From: Candidatus Daviesbacteria bacterium
GTDB lineage: Bacteria; Patescibacteriota; Microgenomatia; Daviesbacterales; UBA10151
Direction of reading: 5' to 3'
DNA length: 64,000 bases
Assembly: GCA_030699125.1 (NCBI GenBank)
Contig: JAUYKM010000009.1
Span: forward strand, 204,958-268,957
The notes below the pieces were generated by a model that saw nothing but the letters and a program-made list of their open reading frames with translations, was not told the DNA's origin and searched no databases. Of the stretch, positions 18,424 through 29,244 are shown piece by piece (positions within the stretch are counted from its first letter, which is position 1; each line of letters starts with the position of its first letter). The translations under genes were made by a program, and so were the position numbers.

Positions 18424-19347
18424 TTGATAAAAATGAATAAAAAATTACCGGGAGTATCAGTTGTCATTCCCAGTTTTAACGATAAAAAAAAAGTTTTTAG
18501 ATTACTTAATTCTTTAGAAAAATCAACTTATTCTAATCTAGAAACTATTGTAGTAGTAAATGGCCCAAAAGATACCTTAGATGAGGGAGAGAAGAAATAT
18601 CTTTGGGTTAAATGGATTGATGCCGGTGGAGATAATATTGGACAAACTGGCTGTTATAATTTAGGCTTTGCCTATACAAAAAAAGAAAATCATATTCTCT
18701 ATTGTGACTCTGATGTAGTTTTAGATAAAGACATGATATCTAATTTGGTTAAAGCGACGCAGTCTAATAAAAAGATTGGGATAGTAACTCCAATGATTTT
18801 GTATCTGTCTGATAAGAACTTTGTTAATCAAGCGGGAGCAGAAGTTAATTTAATTACAGGCCAGGTCAAAGTAGGATGGGGGTCCAAAGAGAAATTTTTA
18901 GAAGGTCATGAGGTTCAGAATTCTGGCACATTAATGCTTTTTAAACGGGATGTTGTCAATAAAATTGGAGGAGTAGATAATTGGTTTCTGTGTTATTTTG
19001 ATCCCGATTATTGTTTAAGAGCAAAAAGAGAGGGTTTTATTACTTGGTATGAGCCTTCGGCTAAATGTTTCCATGATCAGTCTAAAGATCCCAATATATG
19101 GAGACCGCGAGTATTAAGCAGGGCGTATCTTTTGGGAAGAAATAGGGTTTTATTTATGAGGAGGCATGGCAATATGTTGACATTTATCTTATTCCTACCT
19201 CTTATTTTAGGATACTATTTTATCGAAACTTTGAGATATAATAATTTCCATAAATTTCTTGAGCTTCTCTGGGGTACTTTGGTAGGATTTTTTTACCCTC
19301 TAAAATCTGCTAATTTTATTCCTCTGCCAAGGGTTAAAAAAGTATAG
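18424..19347 (+). CDS. GT2 glycosyltransferase with C-terminal TM segment
   Basis: 307 aa with VSVVIPSFNDKKK, CDSDVVLDKD (DxD) and a C-terminal hydrophobic helix. It is paralogous to the N-terminal half of the 20042 gene. Confidence 0.75.
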   Translation: MIKMNKKLPGVSVVIPSFNDKKKVFRLLNSLEKSTYSNLETIVVVNGPKDTLDEGEKKYLWVKWIDAGGDNIGQTGCYNLGFAYTKKENHILYCDSDVVLDKDMISNLVKATQSNKKIGIVTPMILYLSDKNFVNQAGAEVNLITGQVKVGWGSKEKFLEGHEVQNSGTLMLFKRDVVNKIGGVDNWFLCYFDPDYCLRAKREGFITWYEPSAKCFHDQSKDPNIWRPRVLSRAYLLGRNRVLFMRRHGNMLTFILFLPLILGYYFIETLRYNNFHKFLELLWGTLVGFFYPLKSANFIPLPRVKKV

Positions 19348-19388
19348 TTTTCCTAAAGAAATCATGTAATAATACAAACTTAAAGTGT

Positions 19389-20045
19389 ATGAAGTTTATC
19401 GATAAACTTAAAACCCTTACTCCATTTTCATATATGTGGTTTCTCAAAAGAAATATTGGAGAAGCCAAGACTATACTAGATTTAGGATGCGAAGATGGCA
19501 GGTTGCTTGAACTTTTATCCTTTGGGGAGAAGTGGCAAGTGACAGGTGTAGATATATATAAAGAGAATGTGGAAAAAGCATCTAGAAGAAATATTTTTGT
19601 TAAAGTGATTAAGGGAGATGTAGTAGAAGTTTCAAAAAAATTTGTAAAATTGAGAAAAAAATTCGATGTGGTTTTTTGTTCGCAAGTGATAGAACATATT
19701 GAGAGAAAAAAGGGAGAACAGTTATTTGATCTTGTTGATAAATTAGCAAGAAAAAGAATCGTGATTGGAACACCGAAAGGATTTATGAATCAACCGCATG
19801 TTTTTTTGGGAAATAATCCTCATATGCACCATAAATCTGGGTGGACTATAGAAGATTTTAAGAATCATGGGTATAAAGTTTATGGGATAGGTTTTTGGCC
19901 TATCTGGAAGGAAGAAGGATTAGCAAGAATAGATAATAAACTACTTTTCCTTACAATGACAATCTTAGGTTATATTTTTTCTCCAATAGTTTACTATTTC
20001 CCTACACTCGGAGCGGGAATTTTGGGTATTAAACAAAAGGTATGA
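19389..20045 (+). CDS. Class I SAM-dependent methyltransferase
   Basis: 218 aa. ILDLGCEDGRLLE is motif I. It is paralogous to the C-terminal half of the 20042 gene. Confidence 0.7.
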   Translation: MKFIDKLKTLTPFSYMWFLKRNIGEAKTILDLGCEDGRLLELLSFGEKWQVTGVDIYKENVEKASRRNIFVKVIKGDVVEVSKKFVKLRKKFDVVFCSQVIEHIERKKGEQLFDLVDKLARKRIVIGTPKGFMNQPHVFLGNNPHMHHKSGWTIEDFKNHGYKVYGIGFWPIWKEEGLARIDNKLLFLTMTILGYIFSPIVYYFPTLGAGILGIKQKV

Positions 20046-21646
20046 AAAAAGCTTTGGTATCAGTAGTTATAGTAACAAAGGATAGAAAAAATGATTTAAT
20101 TGAGTGTACTAATTCCTATATTAAATCAACATATAAGCCAATAGAAATTATAGTTATAGATAATGCCTCAAAGCCTTCTTTATTAACATGGCTACCAAAA
20201 AAATATCCAAAAGTTAAACTTATTACTTCTGATAAAAATCTAGGTGCAGCATCTGGGAGAAACTTAGGATTTGATCATTCGAAAGGTGAGTATATTCTTT
20301 TTACAGATGATGACGCTGTTTGTGATAAAGATATGATTACTCAATTAGTGAAAGTTTTCGAAGATAAAAATGAAGCAGGAATTGTTCAACCGTTAGTCTA
20401 CGATAAGCATCGAAAGAATATGCTGCAAGGTGCAGGTCATGATATTGATCTTACAACAGGAAGGATTAGAGCATCAGGTGTGAAAGAAGTTGATAGGGGA
20501 CAGTATGATGGTTTAAGGGAAGTGCCGATGTGTGGTTGTGTGTGGATGGTAAAAAGGGAGGTCTTTGAAAAGATTGGCAGCTATGATCCGGATTATTTTA
20601 TTCCATATGAAGATTGCGATTTTTCTGTAAGGGCAAGGAATGCAGGATTTAAGCTCTATTGTATATCTTTGGGTAAGACTTGGCATCGAGGCCCTAAGAA
20701 TACATTTGTTCATCCCTGGATAGAATGGCTTGGTATTACTTCCCCCGAAAGAGCATACAGAATTGCCAGAAATAAAATGATATTCATGAGAAAAAATTCA
20801 CCATTTCCTAACAATCTTATTTTTTTCTTTTTGTTTCTTCCAATATATACTTTAGCTCATAGTTTAATTATTCTATTGACGGGAAAGTTCGATATCTTTT
20901 TAAAGTATTGGTTAGGAGTTATATCCGGAGTTTGGTATGCTATAACTTTCCCTGTCAGAGATATTGTTAGATCTAACTATAGGAAGATTGATAAATTATC
21001 ACGTCCTATAAAAATGTTCCTAATTGCAACAACAGATCCTGTTAATTGGGTAATTGATACAAAAAGTGAATCTATTCTGGATTTGGGTTGTGGACCTGGT
21101 AAATTAATGGAATTTATAAAATTCAAAATGAAGGTAAGAAAAGCAGTCGGTGTTGATCTCTTTGCTCCTTATATTGAAGAGGGAAAATTAAGAAAAACTC
21201 ATGATCAATTTATATTGGAAGACGTAAGAAAAGTGAAATTTAATAATAAATCTTTTGATATTGTACTTGCCTCTCATGTACTTGAGCATTTAGGTAAAAA
21301 TGATGCTTGGAAACTTTTGAGTAATATGGAAAAGTGGGCAAAAAGACAAGTTATTGTGGCAACGCCAATTGGTGAACATTACCATCCTCCTGAGGATGGT
21401 AATCCACTACAGCTTCATCATAGCGCTTTCCAGCCTGAAGATTTTGAAAAAAGAGGTTATAAAATACTAAAATATGGCTGGAAATGGTTACTTGGAGATA
21501 AGGGATTAGTTCATAAAATAGATAATGATTTGATCAGAAAAATCATCTATACATTTAATATTTTGATTACCCCCATACTTTATTTATTTCAAGAAAGCTG
21601 TGACTATATTTTTGTAGCTATTAAAAGGGTAGATGAAAAGTTATAA
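20042..21646 (+). CDS. Bifunctional GT2 glycosyltransferase / SAM methyltransferase fusion
   Basis: 534 aa. The N-terminal half (VSVVIVTKDRKND ... FTDDDAVCDKD) is GT2. The C-terminal half (ILDLGCGPGKLME ... VLASHVLEHL) is a methyltransferase. Both halves are paralogous to the two upstream stand-alone genes. Confidence 0.75.
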   Translation: MKKALVSVVIVTKDRKNDLIECTNSYIKSTYKPIEIIVIDNASKPSLLTWLPKKYPKVKLITSDKNLGAASGRNLGFDHSKGEYILFTDDDAVCDKDMITQLVKVFEDKNEAGIVQPLVYDKHRKNMLQGAGHDIDLTTGRIRASGVKEVDRGQYDGLREVPMCGCVWMVKREVFEKIGSYDPDYFIPYEDCDFSVRARNAGFKLYCISLGKTWHRGPKNTFVHPWIEWLGITSPERAYRIARNKMIFMRKNSPFPNNLIFFFLFLPIYTLAHSLIILLTGKFDIFLKYWLGVISGVWYAITFPVRDIVRSNYRKIDKLSRPIKMFLIATTDPVNWVIDTKSESILDLGCGPGKLMEFIKFKMKVRKAVGVDLFAPYIEEGKLRKTHDQFILEDVRKVKFNNKSFDIVLASHVLEHLGKNDAWKLLSNMEKWAKRQVIVATPIGEHYHPPEDGNPLQLHHSAFQPEDFEKRGYKILKYGWKWLLGDKGLVHKIDNDLIRKIIYTFNILITPILYLFQESCDYIFVAIKRVDEKL

Positions 21647-24600
21647 GAGTCTTTTACCGATTGCTATATTTGTCCTACTTTCAACAATTCTGATATTTTC
21701 TTGGTTTAGGTATGGATATTTATATGGTGGAGGAGATGTAGGTATACCTTCATATAATCCGGCAAGGGTTCTAGAATTTGCCAAAAATATCTGGTGGGAG
21801 GCGTCTGCTCCTGGGGCACCTGTTGCACAGGGGTTAACTTCCGTACCAATGCAGTTTTTTCAAACTACTCTTGCAAAAATTGGCTTACCGTATTTTTTAA
21901 TTCAAGCAGTGTTATTTTGGATCATCCTTTTTTCAATGGGGATGGGTATGTATTGGGTGGGACTGACAGTTTTTGGGTCGAAAAATTTAATTCTTGCTAC
22001 TCTCTCTGGCCTTTTTTACATGCTAAATCCATATACAATGATTCAAGTTTGGCACCGCTCTATCTACAATACATTTTTTCTAGCAGCTGCATTTCCATTT
22101 CTTTATATATTCTGGAGTTATTGGATAAAAAGGGGAAAATATTATCTTCTATTGCTATTTCTCCTGGTCAATATTTTGAGCGTTTATATGTTTGGTACCT
22201 TAGGATTTATTTTTGCCATACTTTTTTTACTGTTGTTTGAAAGCTTGATAGAAATTTTTTTGCCTTGGAAAGGAAAAGCTCATTTAAAGACTATCATATT
22301 CAGATCTATTTTGGGGATAATCTCCTTTTTCATTATTCATATTTGGTGGCTTTGGCCAGTTTTTAATATTACTCCTCTAACTGTTTCCCAACAGCATACC
22401 ATTGGTGAAAACTTAGCAGTTTTAAGAGGAATCAGCAGTCAAACTATAATTCCCTATAGCCTAATAGGTATAAATCCTTTCTATCTTTATGAGGTTGCTG
22501 ACTGGGGGGAAATTTTTGACTTTTCATTTTTCCGCTTCAGTCCTTATCTAATTTTAATTTTTTTGATCCCAGGAATATGGAAATCCTTAATAACTCAGGG
22601 TTTAACTAAGTGGGCGTTACTATTTTTTACAGGGATGTTGTTGCTTAAAGGGGCAGCCGCTCCTTTTGGAAATTTATTTTATTTAGCTTTCAGTAACCTA
22701 TTTATTTTAGGTACTATAAGAAATCCTTTTGAGAAGTTGGGAATCTTTTTACCCTTTTCGGCGGCAATACTTTTTGCGCTGGGGGTGGATTGGATAATAA
22801 AAAGAATTAAATTGAAATTTATTGTTTTCCCTGTGATTTTTATAACCTTCTTTATAATATTTGGAATAAATTTATGGCCGATGTGGTTGGGAAAATTGTT
22901 TGACAGTAGGGAACAATCAAGTTTTGTGGTAGTTCCCAACGATTACAACCAGGTTGATGATTTTATAAAAAGAGAAGGAAAAGATGGAAAAATTTTACTA
23001 CTTCCCTTAAATTCCGGTGAATCAGCCAAATATAATTGGTTAAAAGGATACCATGGTTTGGCTCTGGGCCAGCATTTATTTACCTCCCTGCCCTCAATTT
23101 CGCACGGTTTTAATGTAGCTTATGTTGATAATGCTATTGATGCCTTATCTAAATCCTTCAACCCGGATAGTCAGACTGACAAGAAAAAGATTCTCGCTTT
23201 CCTGCAAGCATTTAATATTAGATATATTATTCTACAAAATAATTTAGACTGGCGAGTTAGTAAAACATTGGAACCGAAAAAAATAGAACAACTGCTGTCG
23301 AGTTTAGATTTCTTAGTTCTAAAGGGACAATTTGGTGAATTAGAGATTTTTGAAGTAAAGGAAGATTTCTTTTCTCCAAGAATTATTTTATCTTCCAATA
23401 TTCAGTATTTAAATTTACCATCAGCAAATATTTGGCCATATCTTTTGAAAGAAAAAGACGGTAATTTTATTACTCCTATTAATAAAGACAATGAGGATGT
23501 TAATCCTTTTCAGGTGGGAGAAGTAATACTGGTACCGCAGAATTTTTATATCTATGATTTAACGATACCTCCAATAGAAAGAGCCGTTGGGGAGTTACCT
23601 GCAGCCAGCAGAATTTTACCCAATAACCCATTGTATTTTTTAATTAGTTTAAAAGAGTTAGTGCAGCTTCTACCTTTAGTCTATCAAGATAAGTTTATTT
23701 CACAAATTAACTTTTCCGGAAAAAGACTGATTGAGGCTTATAAGTTACAGGAAAAAGAAAAGTCTTCCATAGTTTCTACAATTAATTCATATAATAATTT
23801 AATTGCTGATATTTTTGAAGGAGATTTCCTAAAGAAAGAATTGAATCTTTCAATAAATCGGGAAAGTTTACTGAATGATGTTTTCAATAAGCACATCAGC
23901 ATTTTAAATTATTTAGAATCTCAGACTGAGGGTCAGGATCAAGAGGCAGTGAAAGAAGCATTTGTTAAGTTGAATAGTTATCTAATTAGCCATGATTTGG
24001 TACCAAAATATTTAACTGATTTTAAACCCTCTTTATATCAAATATCAAACCTTTATATTCCGCAAGACGGTGGATATAACCTTTTTTTAACTAGAGAAAA
24101 CACAGAGTCTATTTATCAGAATCAGTTGAAAGAGTTTCATTTCCTAATAAATGGACAAACGTACAATCTTACGGGAGAGACTCAAGATCAGTTTATAGAT
24201 TTTGGCCAACTTAATTTTAAGAAGGGGCAGTATGAAATTGGATATGAAGTAATTGATTCAGTGAATCTAGTCGGTGACTTGGAAAAAATTAAAACCGAAG
24301 GACAAGTAAGTTATCTCAATGGTGAGTGGGAATCTACATCAGGAGAACACGAACCCTCATATATAGAAATTCCTATAAATCCGGTTAGTCCTCATACAAA
24401 TTATCAAATTCAATTTGATTCTTGGATTAAACTGGGAGATAAATTTAAGATACAGCTAATTCAAGAGACGGATATATTTGATAAAAAAATAAATGACCAT
24501 AAAAGAGATTTCGAAAAGGTAGTATTTAGAAATATTTACAATAATTATTGGAATGAAAATATTTTTATTTTCACACTTGATGAAAAAAGTTCTAAAGCCA

Positions 24601-25133
24601 GTATTCGGATAATTTTGGAACCTTGGGATGATTGCCGAATAATCTTAGTCAATAAAAAGTTATGTGATAAAAAAGATTTTCGCTTCCCCTTTGAACATAA
24701 AAGCTCTATATCATTAAGAGATATAAAGCTGGTCAGAAAACTTAACAATAGATTATTTATCAAATCTACCAATAATGAGCTAGAAACCGGAAGTATTGAC
24801 TCCAATCAAGTAATAAATCTTATGAGTATAAGTCCGACCCTATTTAATGGGAAAATTAAAATAACAAAACCGACATTTTTGATCTTTAAGGAAAGTTATC
24901 ATCCAGACTGGAAATTATCAATTAAAGATGGAAACTTTAATAATAATCACCTGCAGAGATTTTTGGCAAATGGTTACTCTAATGCCTGGTATATAGATCA
25001 GGAGGGTACATATGAGTTTAGTTTAGAATTTACTCCTCAAAAACAGGTTTTGATAGGAATTTTAATAAGCGTTGGTTATTTTATAATAATAATTATCTTA
25101 ACTTTTTGGCAGATTAGAAGGAGAGTTAAATGA
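21633..25133 (+). CDS. Giant polytopic membrane protein, YfhO/AftD-like GT-C architecture (paralog 2)
   Basis: 1166 aa. N-terminus SWFRYGYLYGGGDVGIPSYNP...IWWEASAPGAP. A ~430-aa multi-TM domain is followed by a ~700-aa soluble region. The C-terminal module YHPDWKLSIKDG...NGYSNAWYIDQEGTYEFSLEFTPQ precedes a final TM. Confidence 0.55.
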   Translation: MKSYKSLLPIAIFVLLSTILIFSWFRYGYLYGGGDVGIPSYNPARVLEFAKNIWWEASAPGAPVAQGLTSVPMQFFQTTLAKIGLPYFLIQAVLFWIILFSMGMGMYWVGLTVFGSKNLILATLSGLFYMLNPYTMIQVWHRSIYNTFFLAAAFPFLYIFWSYWIKRGKYYLLLLFLLVNILSVYMFGTLGFIFAILFLLLFESLIEIFLPWKGKAHLKTIIFRSILGIISFFIIHIWWLWPVFNITPLTVSQQHTIGENLAVLRGISSQTIIPYSLIGINPFYLYEVADWGEIFDFSFFRFSPYLILIFLIPGIWKSLITQGLTKWALLFFTGMLLLKGAAAPFGNLFYLAFSNLFILGTIRNPFEKLGIFLPFSAAILFALGVDWIIKRIKLKFIVFPVIFITFFIIFGINLWPMWLGKLFDSREQSSFVVVPNDYNQVDDFIKREGKDGKILLLPLNSGESAKYNWLKGYHGLALGQHLFTSLPSISHGFNVAYVDNAIDALSKSFNPDSQTDKKKILAFLQAFNIRYIILQNNLDWRVSKTLEPKKIEQLLSSLDFLVLKGQFGELEIFEVKEDFFSPRIILSSNIQYLNLPSANIWPYLLKEKDGNFITPINKDNEDVNPFQVGEVILVPQNFYIYDLTIPPIERAVGELPAASRILPNNPLYFLISLKELVQLLPLVYQDKFISQINFSGKRLIEAYKLQEKEKSSIVSTINSYNNLIADIFEGDFLKKELNLSINRESLLNDVFNKHISILNYLESQTEGQDQEAVKEAFVKLNSYLISHDLVPKYLTDFKPSLYQISNLYIPQDGGYNLFLTRENTESIYQNQLKEFHFLINGQTYNLTGETQDQFIDFGQLNFKKGQYEIGYEVIDSVNLVGDLEKIKTEGQVSYLNGEWESTSGEHEPSYIEIPINPVSPHTNYQIQFDSWIKLGDKFKIQLIQETDIFDKKINDHKRDFEKVVFRNIYNNYWNENIFIFTLDEKSSKASIRIILEPWDDCRIILVNKKLCDKKDFRFPFEHKSSISLRDIKLVRKLNNRLFIKSTNNELETGSIDSNQVINLMSISPTLFNGKIKITKPTFLIFKESYHPDWKLSIKDGNFNNNHLQRFLANGYSNAWYIDQEGTYEFSLEFTPQKQVLIGILISVGYFIIIIILTFWQIRRRVK

Positions 25134-25468
25134 AAAAAGGCAAAATCATAAAATTTATTTCGGCGTTTTTTATAATTTTCCCTCTGATATTTTTTGCAAA
25201 TACTACCTCGTTAGCTAATAGTGAAGTTATACTTTTGCAGAATTTAATTTTTTCTGTTTCTTTAGCAAGTCTATTAATTTGGCCGTATCTTAAAAAGTAT
25301 TACCTTATATTGTGCTTAATCCTAATTATTGTAATGGTTTTTTTATCAACTTTTAAATTACTTGAAGCTGCAGATTATGCTGGTAGTACCGCTTTTGGAA
25401 TAATGTTCTTTGTTTTATTAATTTATCTACCTGTATTAGTTAGAAGGGGACATATTAATGAACTATAA
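25130..25468 (+). CDS. Small 4-TM membrane protein, candidate lipid-linked-sugar flippase subunit (GtrA/ArnE-like by architecture only)
   Basis: 112 aa with four hydrophobic helices. Its start overlaps the stop of the preceding giant gene. It is a paralog of the 28909 gene (shared C-terminal YLP.L.R.G). Confidence 0.4.
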   Translation: MKKGKIIKFISAFFIIFPLIFFANTTSLANSEVILLQNLIFSVSLASLLIWPYLKKYYLILCLILIIVMVFLSTFKLLEAADYAGSTAFGIMFFVLLIYLPVLVRRGHINEL

Positions 25469-28400
25469 TCGTTTTAAATCGCCCTTAATTTTTTTTCTTT
25501 TATTTTCCGCCACTTTAATTTTTATCTGGTTTAAACAGGGATTAATCTATGGAGGTGGAGATGTTGGTTTGCAAACTTATAATCCACAGAGAACTTTGGA
25601 AAATGCGCAATATATCTGGTGGGAGGCGGTTGCCCCCGGAAACCCTATTCCCCAAGGGTTAACAGCTGTTCCATTTCACTTTATTTTTTCCAAACTGCAA
25701 CTGATAGGTTTTGGTCCGGTTCTTCTGCAAGCCACGTTATTCTTTTTGATTTTATTTTTTATGGGTTACGGGATGTATAGATTACTTTTATCTATTTTTA
25801 ATGTAAACAAATTTTACGCCATTTTGGGCGGTTTATTCTACATGATTAATCCATATATGATGGTGCAGGTATGGCATAGATTTGTTCACTCGACTTTTTT
25901 TTTGGCAGCTGCACTGCCATTTTTGGTAATTTTTTGGACAAACTGGATTAAAAAAGGTAATTCTTTTTCTCTTTTGCTCTTTTTATTTACCAATCTGATA
26001 GCTGTTTATTTATATGGAACTTTAGCTTATTTATTAACCGTCTGGATATTGCTTTTTCTGATAACTCTTGGAGAAATTATTATTCCCTTTACCAATCTCA
26101 AACATTCAAGTAGGTTGTTAGTTAAATTCTTAATAGGCTTCATTTTGTGGCTGTTAACTAATAGTTGGTGGTTGGTACCTACTTTTAGTGTTGGGCCAGC
26201 AACATTCGCTCAACAACATACAGGTGAAGAAAGTCTTGTAACTTTAATTAACATCAGTAAACAAACGATTATTCCTTACTCATTGCAGCTTGTTAACCCA
26301 TTCTATCTATTTCTCCAGGCAGAATTGGGACAAGTTTATGCAAATGGCCTTATGAGAATAATTCCTTGGCTTTCAGTCATTTTTATATTGATTGGCTTGA
26401 TAAGTGGGTTAAAACAGAAGAAAATTGTGCTTTATTCATTGATATTTTTAATTGTACTACTTTTTGCAAAAGGAGCTGCTTCACCATTTACTTATCCATA
26501 CATCTTTGGCTTTGAACACTTGTTTAGTCTTGGAATTTTAAGAAATCCCTTTGAAAAAATAGGTATCCTTTTGCCATTTGTTGGTAGTATTCTTTTGATA
26601 GCAGGAATAGGATCATTAAGGACATTTTTTTCAAGATTTAACAGAGTCTATTATATTAATTCAGCAATTATACTTTCCTTTGTTGCTTTAATTATTTTTC
26701 ATTGGCCAATGTTTATTAGTCAACCATTTGGTAAACCGAATAATCCGGGTTATGTACAAGTCCCCCAAAGTTATAAAGACACAGATAATTGGATTAAAAA
26801 TGAGGTTAATATAAATTATAAAAGTAACATAGGTAAGATACTGCATCTCCCTCTACCCCTTGGAGAAAGCGTTTCGTATAAATGGAGGTGGGGATATAAC
26901 GGACTTGAATCTTCGGACTTACTATTTAGTTCACTACCCTCAATCTCGCATGGATTTAATATCAGTCGATTAGATGATTCTTTAACTGCATTATCTTTGT
27001 CATTTCTTAATTTCGGTATTAGCAATCAGAATTATATTTTGCGTCTTTTGCAAAATTTTAATGTTAGATTTATCGTTCTGCATAAAGATATTAACTGGCT
27101 TGGAGGAGATTTATATGACCCCACTCTTATTGAAGAAAAACTTAATCAATTAAATTTTCTAAAAAAATCTGCATCATTTGAAGACTTGTTAGTTTATAAA
27201 GTTTCAGATGATAATTTTAAACCAAAGATAAATTTAACGGTTAATTATCAGCTAATATATCCATCAAATAATGGTACGTTTTGGCCTTGGAGTCTAACTA
27301 ATGATAATCTTATGATTACTCCTTCTTTGGATGATCAGATAAACAACGATACGATTGATTTGGCAAATCAAGTGATAGTTTTTCCCGAGTCTTCATTTAA
27401 CTATCCACACTCTGTTTTCATTAATAATTTAGTTGACCAAATTGCTAGTAGTGAAGCATTAGCTCAATCATTAATTTCTGAGATAAGGAAGGTAAAGCCT
27501 ATTTTATTGCAAAACGGTGAGATAAATGCTGAACACATAAATGACAAGTTGATTTCAGCAACTGAAAAGATGATAGTAATGTTGAAAGCTAAAAGAGAAA
27601 ATTCTGAAATTACTAATAGTCAACTAGATGATTATAAGATGGACATGGAAACTATTTTCTCTCAAGACTTAAGAAATTCTAGGTTATTACTTTACATAAA
27701 TGAAAGAGATATGAGTCTCTTTTTACAAGTTCATTTTCATTCATTGCCCAAATTAAAAGAGGGATTAAATCCTAATATTCAAATACAGGTAGATGGAATA
27801 TCCCAGTATCTAAATAACCAATTAATCAGATATAACCTTATCCCGCAGTACTCACTCAAATTAGATACAAAAGAAGGTATAGATAGTCAAAAAGTTTTTA
27901 AATTTAAGATACCCAAAAAGTATCAATATGAAATTTTGATGATAGATATAAAAGGTAGCACCCTCTACCCGACCTTCCTACAAAAGATAAATTTAAGTAT
28001 CAATGGTCAGGTTAAGGAATTAACTGGTCAATTAAAAGAGAATGTTATGTCTTTTGGGTATTATGAATTTGATTCTGGTGATGTGGAGATAGGATACAAT
28101 ATTATTTCTTCATCAAATCTGGCTCAGTCATTTGATAATTTAATTAAGATTGGGAATGTAACTATAGCAGATGGTGTGATAAAGGTAGAATCAATTGGAG
28201 GAATTGGGTATATCGAAAGTTCAATTCCTGGCGCTAGGGGGGGAGATGTCTACCGAGTCAGTTTTGAAGTTATGTCACAAAATGCTAATGGTTTTAATTT
28301 TCAATTGGCTCAAGATATAGACAATATCAATGAAGCAGGTAAGAAAGTACCACAACTGAATGAGTTTATTAATCTAACACCAAACAATTGGCAGCACTTA

Positions 28401-28919
28401 AGGTTTACACTAAACCCGTTAAAGTTAACTACTCAAGAAGCATCAATAAGGTTGATAGTTTCTTCTAACCCACAATCATTAACACAATCGGCTATTTCGA
28501 TAAGAAACTTAAAAATAGAAAAGATATTAAATAATGATATAGTGCTGAAAGCTGTTTTAAATGAACAAAACAGTGAAGATGATGGGGGGCAAATATTGGA
28601 TATATCACAGAAGAGTCCAGTACTTTATCATGGAAAAGTAAAAATTATCAAACCTTCTTTTTTTATTTTTAGTGAGACATTTCATCCGGGATGGAAACTG
28701 ACCTTAAGCGATGGCCACAAGAATTTTTCACCAAAAGAGCACTTGATGGCCAATCTTTATGGTAATGCTTATTTTATAGATCAAATTGGCGAATATGATT
28801 TTATCTTAGAATTTGAGCCACAAAGATTGGTAAATAGGGGGGCTCTAATTGCATTTACAACGTATGTTGGTTTAATTATGTTTATAATTTGGAGGAGATT
28901 TAGAAAACATGAGAGTTAA
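25458..28919 (+). CDS. Giant polytopic membrane protein, YfhO/AftD-like GT-C architecture (paralog 3)
   Basis: 1153 aa. N-terminus IWFKQGLIYGGGDVGLQTYNP...IWWEAVAPGNP. The C-terminal FHPGWKLTLSDG...NLYGNAYFIDQIGEYDFILEFEPQ module precedes a final TM. It is collinear with paralog 2. Confidence 0.55.
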   Translation: MNYNRFKSPLIFFLLFSATLIFIWFKQGLIYGGGDVGLQTYNPQRTLENAQYIWWEAVAPGNPIPQGLTAVPFHFIFSKLQLIGFGPVLLQATLFFLILFFMGYGMYRLLLSIFNVNKFYAILGGLFYMINPYMMVQVWHRFVHSTFFLAAALPFLVIFWTNWIKKGNSFSLLLFLFTNLIAVYLYGTLAYLLTVWILLFLITLGEIIIPFTNLKHSSRLLVKFLIGFILWLLTNSWWLVPTFSVGPATFAQQHTGEESLVTLINISKQTIIPYSLQLVNPFYLFLQAELGQVYANGLMRIIPWLSVIFILIGLISGLKQKKIVLYSLIFLIVLLFAKGAASPFTYPYIFGFEHLFSLGILRNPFEKIGILLPFVGSILLIAGIGSLRTFFSRFNRVYYINSAIILSFVALIIFHWPMFISQPFGKPNNPGYVQVPQSYKDTDNWIKNEVNINYKSNIGKILHLPLPLGESVSYKWRWGYNGLESSDLLFSSLPSISHGFNISRLDDSLTALSLSFLNFGISNQNYILRLLQNFNVRFIVLHKDINWLGGDLYDPTLIEEKLNQLNFLKKSASFEDLLVYKVSDDNFKPKINLTVNYQLIYPSNNGTFWPWSLTNDNLMITPSLDDQINNDTIDLANQVIVFPESSFNYPHSVFINNLVDQIASSEALAQSLISEIRKVKPILLQNGEINAEHINDKLISATEKMIVMLKAKRENSEITNSQLDDYKMDMETIFSQDLRNSRLLLYINERDMSLFLQVHFHSLPKLKEGLNPNIQIQVDGISQYLNNQLIRYNLIPQYSLKLDTKEGIDSQKVFKFKIPKKYQYEILMIDIKGSTLYPTFLQKINLSINGQVKELTGQLKENVMSFGYYEFDSGDVEIGYNIISSSNLAQSFDNLIKIGNVTIADGVIKVESIGGIGYIESSIPGARGGDVYRVSFEVMSQNANGFNFQLAQDIDNINEAGKKVPQLNEFINLTPNNWQHLRFTLNPLKLTTQEASIRLIVSSNPQSLTQSAISIRNLKIEKILNNDIVLKAVLNEQNSEDDGGQILDISQKSPVLYHGKVKIIKPSFFIFSETFHPGWKLTLSDGHKNFSPKEHLMANLYGNAYFIDQIGEYDFILEFEPQRLVNRGALIAFTTYVGLIMFIIWRRFRKHES

Positions 28920-29244
28920 TAAATTGATTTTGAGCATAATTATTTTTATTATTTCATTACCAATTTTTATCTGGTTGGAATCCGGATTTGCCATTAAATC
29001 TGCTACTGATTTTGTAAAACCATTAATATTCTCAGCCTCTTTGGTAATCTCATCAGTAAGATTTTATAAACATTATCTTTTGATTATATCCTTGACTCTG
29101 CTATTTTTGATGGTTATTTTTTATCTTTTTTGGCAAATTCCTACTGCAGATTGGCTGGGTAGTGTTGGCATAGGGATGTTTACTATCTATATTATTGGAT
29201 ATTTACCAGAATTGATAAGAAAAGGGTATGTGGAAAAATTATGA
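28909..29244 (+). CDS. Small 4-TM membrane protein, paralog of the 25130 gene
   Basis: 111 aa with four hydrophobic helices. Its start overlaps the stop of giant paralog 3. Confidence 0.4.
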   Translation: MRVNKLILSIIIFIISLPIFIWLESGFAIKSATDFVKPLIFSASLVISSVRFYKHYLLIISLTLLFLMVIFYLFWQIPTADWLGSVGIGMFTIYIIGYLPELIRKGYVEKL

